From IMG/VR virus record IMGVR_UViG_3300037418_002116: a stretch of 64,000 nucleotides of DNA; one strand, written 5' to 3'. The DNA comes from a virus (taxonomy: Duplodnaviria; Caudoviricetes). The position numbers were made by a program, and so were the translations under genes. Under the pieces are notes generated by a model. That model was not told where the DNA came from. It saw nothing but the letters and a program-made list of their open reading frames with translations, and searched no databases. Below are positions 58,551 through 64,000 of this stretch, in pieces (position 1 is the first letter of the stretch; each line of letters opens with the position of its first letter).

Positions 58551-59855
58551 TTGCGAATGAAGCAAGTTAAGAATCCCCACGATTTCTACCGCATGGCAAA
58601 TGCCATGTTCGGTGAGACTCGTGACGTTAGCCGCCTAGGTTGGGCGGAAATCGAAGCCATTTCGGTTACGAACGATGTTCGTGTTCCGGGTTGGGTTCGT
58701 GCTTCCGCTACCGGCAAGGGTAAGAATAAGGTCTACTCGACCGTTCCTCCCAAGGCCACGTCCGATGTCAACACGCTGAACGGTGCGGTTCCGGCTAATA
58801 AGCCGAAGGTCCAGTATTACGTCAAGGTTTCGCCTCGTAATCTGGAAACCAACAAGTTCATGTCGGTGAAGGATGATCCGATTGCACAGGCTATGACCGC
58901 CGATTTGGAGTCCGCTCTGAATGCGTCGGCTTCGCCGGTTGCCATCGATGCCGCCACGGTCGATCCGGAAAAGCTCTTTTCGGATATGGCTGACCTTGTG
59001 TCGCTAGTCGTTGATAACGTCGCCAAGGCGCTGCTTATCTATGGCGGCGGCGGCACGGGCAAGAGCTTTGGTGTCTATGAAGCTCTTAGACAGGCTGGCT
59101 ACGTTCGGGATGAAGATTTCTTCGTCTACAAGGGCAAGGTCACTCCTGCTTCGCTCTACCAGATCATGTTCATCCACAGGGATGACAACAAGCTTCTGGT
59201 GTTCGATGATGCCGATAGCGCTTGGGAATCCGAAGACTCGGCTATGATCCTTAAGGGCGCTCTCGATACCACGGATATGGAAAACCGTGAAATTTCGTGG
59301 TCCACCAATCGTACCGTCAACGTCGATAAGTGGGACTCGGAAAAGCGGGCCAAGTATGCCGCCGAAATGGACGAACTGCTTGAAAAGCAGGGCGACGATG
59401 AAGAGGAAGACGCCAAGCCGGAATCGGTGACTCCGGAACAGGCGGCGTTGGAGCCGGAAAAGTACTTCAAGGATGGCCGTCCGAAGATGAAGGCTTTCCA
59501 GAAGAAGGAAAAGGTTTTCCGGATGCCTGCGAAGTTTGTCTTCCATGGTCGTGTCATCTTCATTTCGAACAAGCCTCGTTCGGACTTCGATAAGGACGTT
59601 CTGACTCGGTGCTACAAGATCGACATGAGCTTGACGCCGGAACAGATGTTCATGCGGATGGAAAAGCTTCTGCCCTACATGGTGCCGGAAGTTCCGGAAG
59701 CCACGATGGATTTGAAGCATCGGGTTCTGGTGACCTTGAAGGCTCTGTACAAGTCGGGCAATCTCGAAAACCCGAGTCTTCGGACCTTCGATGCGGCTAT
59801 CAGGATTGCCGCAAGGGGCAAGCCGAATTGGGCAGACCTTCTCCGTTACACCTGA
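58551..59855 (+). CDS. AAA+/SF3-like P-loop ATPase
   Basis: LLIYGGGGTGKS Walker A, LLVFDDAD Walker B, VIFISN sensor, TRC arginine finger; strongly biased codon usage. Confidence 0.8.
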   Translation: MRMKQVKNPHDFYRMANAMFGETRDVSRLGWAEIEAISVTNDVRVPGWVRASATGKGKNKVYSTVPPKATSDVNTLNGAVPANKPKVQYYVKVSPRNLETNKFMSVKDDPIAQAMTADLESALNASASPVAIDAATVDPEKLFSDMADLVSLVVDNVAKALLIYGGGGTGKSFGVYEALRQAGYVRDEDFFVYKGKVTPASLYQIMFIHRDDNKLLVFDDADSAWESEDSAMILKGALDTTDMENREISWSTNRTVNVDKWDSEKRAKYAAEMDELLEKQGDDEEEDAKPESVTPEQAALEPEKYFKDGRPKMKAFQKKEKVFRMPAKFVFHGRVIFISNKPRSDFDKDVLTRCYKIDMSLTPEQMFMRMEKLLPYMVPEVPEATMDLKHRVLVTLKALYKSGNLENPSLRTFDAAIRIAARGKPNWADLLRYT

Positions 59856-59870
59856 TCGGTGTCGCAACAA

Positions 59871-59898
59871 GAAAGGCCCGGATCACTCCGGGCCTTTC
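59871..59898. terminator. Bidirectional terminator hairpin
   Basis: GAAAGGCCCG-N8-CGGGCCTTTC between convergent transcripts. Confidence 0.8.
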
Positions 59899-59899
59899 G

Positions 59900-60139
59900 C
59901 TTTATCGGTCTTTCCCGATTGTCCGATAGAACGATCTTCCGGTTTAGAAACGATTCTCCGTTACCACAGATTCAAACCCGCTCATTCGGGATGTTTCCAT
60001 ATTGGTAAGGACCACGAATGCTTCCGGTGGATTGGAGAGTCCAGTCAGGACGAAAGGATAAACAACCGACTGGAAATCCACGAGCTTCTATCTGCCATCC
60101 GTTACTTCTACCCGTGCCACAGATGGCTAGGCACGATGC
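59900..60139 (-). ncRNA. Candidate pseudoknotted structured RNA
   Basis: H-type pseudoknot and multibranch helices; see findings. Confidence 0.45.
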
Positions 60140-60298
60140 TCACACACGAAACCATAGCGCATAGGCGCACAAAACTCCATACAGGACATACCACGTCCAA
60201 GCTGGCGGGCGGAAGTCAATACCGCCATCCATCCACTCGACCGTGAAGCCGGTCGGTTCATTCAACTTCTTTTTCAGTTTCTTGATATCGTATTTCAT
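60140..60298 (-). CDS. 52-aa membrane-anchored peptide
   Basis: MKYDIKKLKKKLNE...WTWYVLYGVLCAYALWFRV. Confidence 0.55.
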   Translation of the reverse strand: MKYDIKKLKKKLNEPTGFTVEWMDGGIDFRPPAWTWYVLYGVLCAYALWFRV

Positions 60299-60304
60299 GG
60301 CCAT

Positions 60305-60898
60305 TCAATTCGCTATGGCCTTACCAAGGCCCGGAATAATCTCTAGAAGGCGCTCCGTCTCGACAAAGAACCACACCTTCGCTCTACCGTTTGGCGTGGC
60401 CATTTCGGTATATGCTTGCTCGTCATACGCCACAGCAGCGGTGGAATGGGTCACACAATCCACCAGACACACGGCGATCTTGGAATCTTTGGTTCGCATC
60501 CCCGGCGATGCACCAACGGGCAAAACCACGTCGGCGTTTTGCCGTAGCCATTCCTCTTTGGTCATATCAGGCGGATTGATGTAATAGCTCATGCGATTCT
60601 CTTCCTTTTCTTCAAAACCGATGATGTGCTTTTTCTCGAATTCAATCAGCATGTTAGGGAACAAAATCCCGGCGAAGATGAATGGTTGATTCATCAACAC
60701 CCCTGCGAATTTGTTGCCGTTGATTTTGGTAACCTCAACCCACATGCGTTCGTCGCCGTCTTCACCCACAGAAAGAAAACAGAGCTTCACATAGTCGCCT
60801 ATGCGAATTGCAGCCTTTTCAGCGTTTGATGGTATCTCAAAGGTGTGTGGCGACCGATTGTGAGCCCGAACGCCATCCAAGAGCCTGTAGAACTGCAT
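60305..60898 (-). CDS. Two-domain hypothetical protein (N-terminus DUF2314-like) with internal start at 60592
   Basis: GDYVKLCF...ERMWVEVT...GVLMNQP; internal AAGGAAGAG-N6-ATG. Confidence 0.6.
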   Translation of the reverse strand: MQFYRLLDGVRAHNRSPHTFEIPSNAEKAAIRIGDYVKLCFLSVGEDGDERMWVEVTKINGNKFAGVLMNQPFIFAGILFPNMLIEFEKKHIIGFEEKEENRMSYYINPPDMTKEEWLRQNADVVLPVGASPGMRTKDSKIAVCLVDCVTHSTAAVAYDEQAYTEMATPNGRAKVWFFVETERLLEIIPGLGKAIAN

Positions 60899-60905
60899 TG
60901 GAGCC

Positions 60906-62253
60906 TCACAGAAGCGTTGCGGCGGGTTGATTGGCCTTTGCAGCCTCTTGTCTTGCCTTGCGATCTAGAAGCTGTTCTTGAACCGCTATAGCGACGGATG
61001 TAATCCGTGACTCGATGTCGGAAAGCTCATTCAGCATTTCCGTGTGCTGGTCACGTGCCAATTCATAGGTTCCGGCTTTTGCCGTCTGATAGTCACGCCC
61101 ATGTGGCGTTCCTTCCCGCAAGAGCCCCTGTAGCGTGTGAACAGCGTCCAGAGTCTTGATATAGTGCGCCATCAACGAGTCACCGTCTGTGCCGTTCAAA
61201 TTAAGAACGGGAAACGCTATCTTGTTCGGTTGGTTCATTTGCTTTCCTCCTTTTCAATCCCTTTTCGGCTAAGGCGAAACCGCCCCTAATTTCCTTTAAG
61301 CGTCGTATCGACATGCCGTCATAGGTTTCATAGAGCTTGAACCACTTCCATGCTGGCGGGTTCGACAATTCCATCAGTTGCAGGACAAGCTTTTTCTTTT
61401 CCTGCATCAGCTATCAGCCTTCCTCGATACCACGTTCCGAAAAGTCGTTTTCGGCATCGAAAACTTTAATGATCCGGCCTTCCTTGGCGGCGACAACATG
61501 AGCATCAGCGACCTTCGCCATATGGTACAGTTGTGCCTTGGCAATTTCCTTGGCCTTGTCCGTACCAGTTTCGAACGCCAGAACGATGATATCAGCGATT
61601 TTGTTCCACGACGGAGTCATGTCAACCGTGCCGACTTCGATTTCGGCATTTTCCTTCAATCGAGGATCGTCGGGCTCAACATAAGTTTTTATGCCATACT
61701 TATCCGGTTCGCCAAGCTGGACTTGTTCCGGATGAAGTTTGCTGCCGTAATAAGTTGCATTCATTGATCGACTCCTATTTTCCCTAATATAATGTTTCTA
61801 TTGAAGAAAATCAAGTCAATAATAACGCCATTTTTCGTAGGGAAACTTGTCGTCATTGGCTTTCAGGAAGGCGATACCGTCTGCCGTAACCGGGCGATAG
61901 CTGCGAAGCGCATGACCATGAATGTGACCGCCATTCTTGGAAATCGAGCCATCCCAATTTTTCCATTCGAAAAAGCGCAAAAATTTGTCACTGAATTTTT
62001 TCGGTGGCGAGCCTCGGCGTAGTGGCCCAAGGTGCCCATCGTCAATCAAGCGCTGAACGTCCGGATTATCCATCCCCACGCCACCTTCACAATGGAAGTA
62101 CAGGCCACCCGACAATGGTCCCTCTTTACGCTCCAAATCGGCAATAGAAATGTAACCGAGTCGCCAGCCAATTCGATACCACGAATAGCATCCAACGGCA
62201 CGGCGTAAGAGCTTGATCCGCCTCCCAAGTGATTTGTGTTTATCAGCACTCAT
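60906..62253 (-). CDS. Hypothetical CDSs (60906-61238, 61201-61407, 61414-61764, 61816-62253)
   Basis: RBS-led ORFs behind promoters near 61815 and 62303. Confidence 0.65.
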
Positions 62254-62355
62254 TTCCAATTCTCCTATTATATTGAATATATTGATTATTTTTCGATTTG
62301 TCAAGAAAAAAGGGAGCCCGAAAGCTCCCTTGAAATTCACGATTCGTTAACCGCT

Positions 62356-63357
62356 CTAAGCTGCCTGTGCGTATTCCATGGCCTTGTTGAGTGCCGTGAT
62401 CTTCTTATCCTTCATGGAACCGAACCAGATGTTGTTCAGGCGTCCCTCTGCCGAACGACCAAGCTTGTGGTCCATCAGATAGGTGACGGCGTTGAAAGGC
62501 TGCCACCACGTGCCTTCCCCGAGCTTCGCACCGGGTTGCGTATCCATGGCTTCCAAGGCAAGGCGAGCGTTGCGGTTGCCGGAAGCGTTGTCGTTGTCGG
62601 CGGTGACCTTCTTCGAAAAGGACGGGAAGATTTCGTTGAAATATTCCTGAACGGCTTCCTTCCGGAAACTCTTCGAAGCGAGGAACTTAGCCCGTTCCTG
62701 ATATTCGATGAAGTTCTCATGCGCCGTGAACAGCGTCTTTTTGGCGGCTTCCGGATCGAATTGGTTCTTGTGGTTGACACGCACGACCGATGCCGACGAT
62801 TTCGACAGCGCCAGCGACAGTGTATTCCAGCACACGACACGGGTAGGCGTCATGTCGATGGTGATTGTCTGACCATAGATGTGAGGATTCGAGAACAGAA
62901 GATAATTCTCGATTTCGTCTTCCTTCACCAGACCCTTTTTGCCGACGAAACGAAGCGCAAAGGTTTCCTTGGTCTTGGCCAGAGCCCAAACACGCTTGCC
63001 GTTCATCAGAGAACCGGCAGTGTTCATTTCCAGTTCGCCAAGGTCCACAAATTCCTTGAAAAACTTGAAGGCTTCGGCATTCTGCAAAGGATGCCAGTCA
63101 TCGGGAACGAATGACAGAATGGATTGATCGGTATCCCGAATCAGCGCCGTCATATCGGTTTTGCGAAAGTCGAAATTGGAAAGCTTGTTCCCGGCATTGC
63201 GGTTGATGTTCATATAGAGTGGCTGTTTTGAAACAGTCCAATCCACACCAGCTTCCTTCATGATTTCTTCCGGCGACAGGTTCGGCATGACACGATTTCC
63301 GAAACCATGCCACGGTGTTTCGCCAGCGTAAGCCATTGTTTCTACAAGAGCGGACAT
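62356..63357 (-). CDS. DUF932 (TIGR03299 phage/plasmid-like) protein
   Basis: VETMAYAGETPWHGFG, LQNAEAF, ETAG-like NTAGSL.GKRVW, RVVCWNTL, GTWWQPFNAVT motifs; start at ATG 63357. Confidence 0.9.
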   Translation of the reverse strand: MSALVETMAYAGETPWHGFGNRVMPNLSPEEIMKEAGVDWTVSKQPLYMNINRNAGNKLSNFDFRKTDMTALIRDTDQSILSFVPDDWHPLQNAEAFKFFKEFVDLGELEMNTAGSLMNGKRVWALAKTKETFALRFVGKKGLVKEDEIENYLLFSNPHIYGQTITIDMTPTRVVCWNTLSLALSKSSASVVRVNHKNQFDPEAAKKTLFTAHENFIEYQERAKFLASKSFRKEAVQEYFNEIFPSFSKKVTADNDNASGNRNARLALEAMDTQPGAKLGEGTWWQPFNAVTYLMDHKLGRSAEGRLNNIWFGSMKDKKITALNKAMEYAQAA

Positions 63358-63552
63358 TCGAATTTCCTTTCGAAGAACTAGGTTGCAATATCCAGAATTT
63401 AGGTAATGAAAATCCAATTGTCAAGGCGTTTTCGTAACGAAAATAAAAAAAGTTGTGTGTGCCGGGTTGTTTACACCTGTGACATGGTGTAGACACACCT
63501 TCACCAAACGGCGTTCGCCGGGCGGTTTTCAAACAAAAAATGGAGATTGTGA

Positions 63553-63861
63553 ATGGCTAAGAATGATTCGGCATTGGCCGTGGCTGTTGCCAGCTTTACC
63601 GTGGCTTTGATGACCATGGAGGAAGCAAAGAAGAAGGCTGATGCAGCGTTGTCGATTATCAATCAGTCGATCATGTCGTCCCTGAACTTGAAGGACGAAA
63701 AGGGATGGTTGACGGAAGCCGGAAAAGCTACGCTTCGCCATTATTGGGAAGCGGAAATGCCGGTCAAGAAGGCATCAGAACTGATGGATATTTCCTACAG
63801 CGCCGCCCGCACTTATTTCATGCGCTGGAATGAGGAATGGGACGAAGCAAACGCTGCTTGA
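63553..63861 (+). CDS. Small protein with C-terminal helix-turn-helix
   Basis: GGAG RBS; LRHYWEAEMPVKKASELMDISYSAARTYF is HTH-like. Confidence 0.6.
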   Translation: MAKNDSALAVAVASFTVALMTMEEAKKKADAALSIINQSIMSSLNLKDEKGWLTEAGKATLRHYWEAEMPVKKASELMDISYSAARTYFMRWNEEWDEANAA

Positions 63862-63869
63862 CAACTAGA

Positions 63870-63900
63870 GGGCTTCGGAGTCTTGGCAACTCCGAAGCCC
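63870..63900 (+). terminator. Hairpin after the HTH gene
   Basis: 12-bp GGGCTTCGGAGT/ACTCCGAAGCCC stem; no strong U-tract. Confidence 0.55.
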
Positions 63901-64000
63901 CCATCCTTCCCCGATGTACTTGCGATGACTCAAGTCATACCCCAACACTGAACATTTTAGAACACACTAATAAGCAGTCAATGGGGCACAAAGCCCCATA

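Noticed and set aside
60031-60056. Hammerhead-like GAGTCC-AGTCA-GGAC-GAAA on the plus strand
   Set aside because: The required CUGANGA core has two mismatches (TTGGAGA) and no matching stems I/III; the minus-strand fold explains the sequence better.
60140-60142. Selenocysteine recoding at the UGA
   Set aside because: No tRNA-Sec, SelB or Sec-type redox motif in the window, and the downstream structure is a pseudoknot rather than a SECIS-like hairpin.
63553-63861. GcrA homolog
   Set aside because: Only a generic HTH similarity, located at the C-terminus; the GcrA C-terminal domain is absent.
1-64000. Numerous antisense or alternate-frame ORFs in the six-frame track (e.g. 2982-3575, 31799-32674, 59004-59870, 62236-63114)
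   Set aside because: They overlap well-supported genes, lack RBSs and motifs, and are expected shadows of biased codon usage.
1-64000. CRISPR array, rRNA, integrase or transposase
   Set aside because: No regularly spaced direct repeats or such motifs seen; the recurring 40-60-nt elements are dispersed promoters.

Overview
The window is a 64-kb slice of a T4-superfamily (T4-like myovirus) phage genome. Core T4-type genes are present: the C-terminus of a gp29/tape-measure-like gene, gp2 DNA end protector, gp17 large terminase, RNase H, RNA ligase 1 and PhoH, plus TATAAATA-type late promoters. About 100 small early ORFs sit behind repeated (C/G)TTGAC-N16-(C/T)TATAT promoters. That promoter form, an RcGTA-type head-spike pair and a BTLCP peptidase suggest an alphaproteobacterial (Rhizobiales-like) host; this is inference. 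Accessory functions include NAD+ salvage (Nampt plus NMNAT-Nudix), a DarG-like macrodomain, dispersed RNA-repair enzymes, four tRNAs (Cys, His, two Gln) and several translation-related oddities. Strongest leads: (1) a 215-aa minimal HisRS with no anticodon-binding domain next to a G-1:C73 tRNA-His; (2) three late-promoter genes with T4 internal-protein-like capsid-targeting N-termini, one encoding a RelA/SpoT-type alarmone-synthetase domain, i.e. possibly packaged and injected effectors; (3) a shared two-hairpin leader upstream of both NAD salvage genes; (4) an RlmN-like radical SAM protein lacking the resolving Cys; (5) several ORF-free, strand-specific structured RNA candidates. All calls come from motif reading by eye; no database searches or folding software were run.
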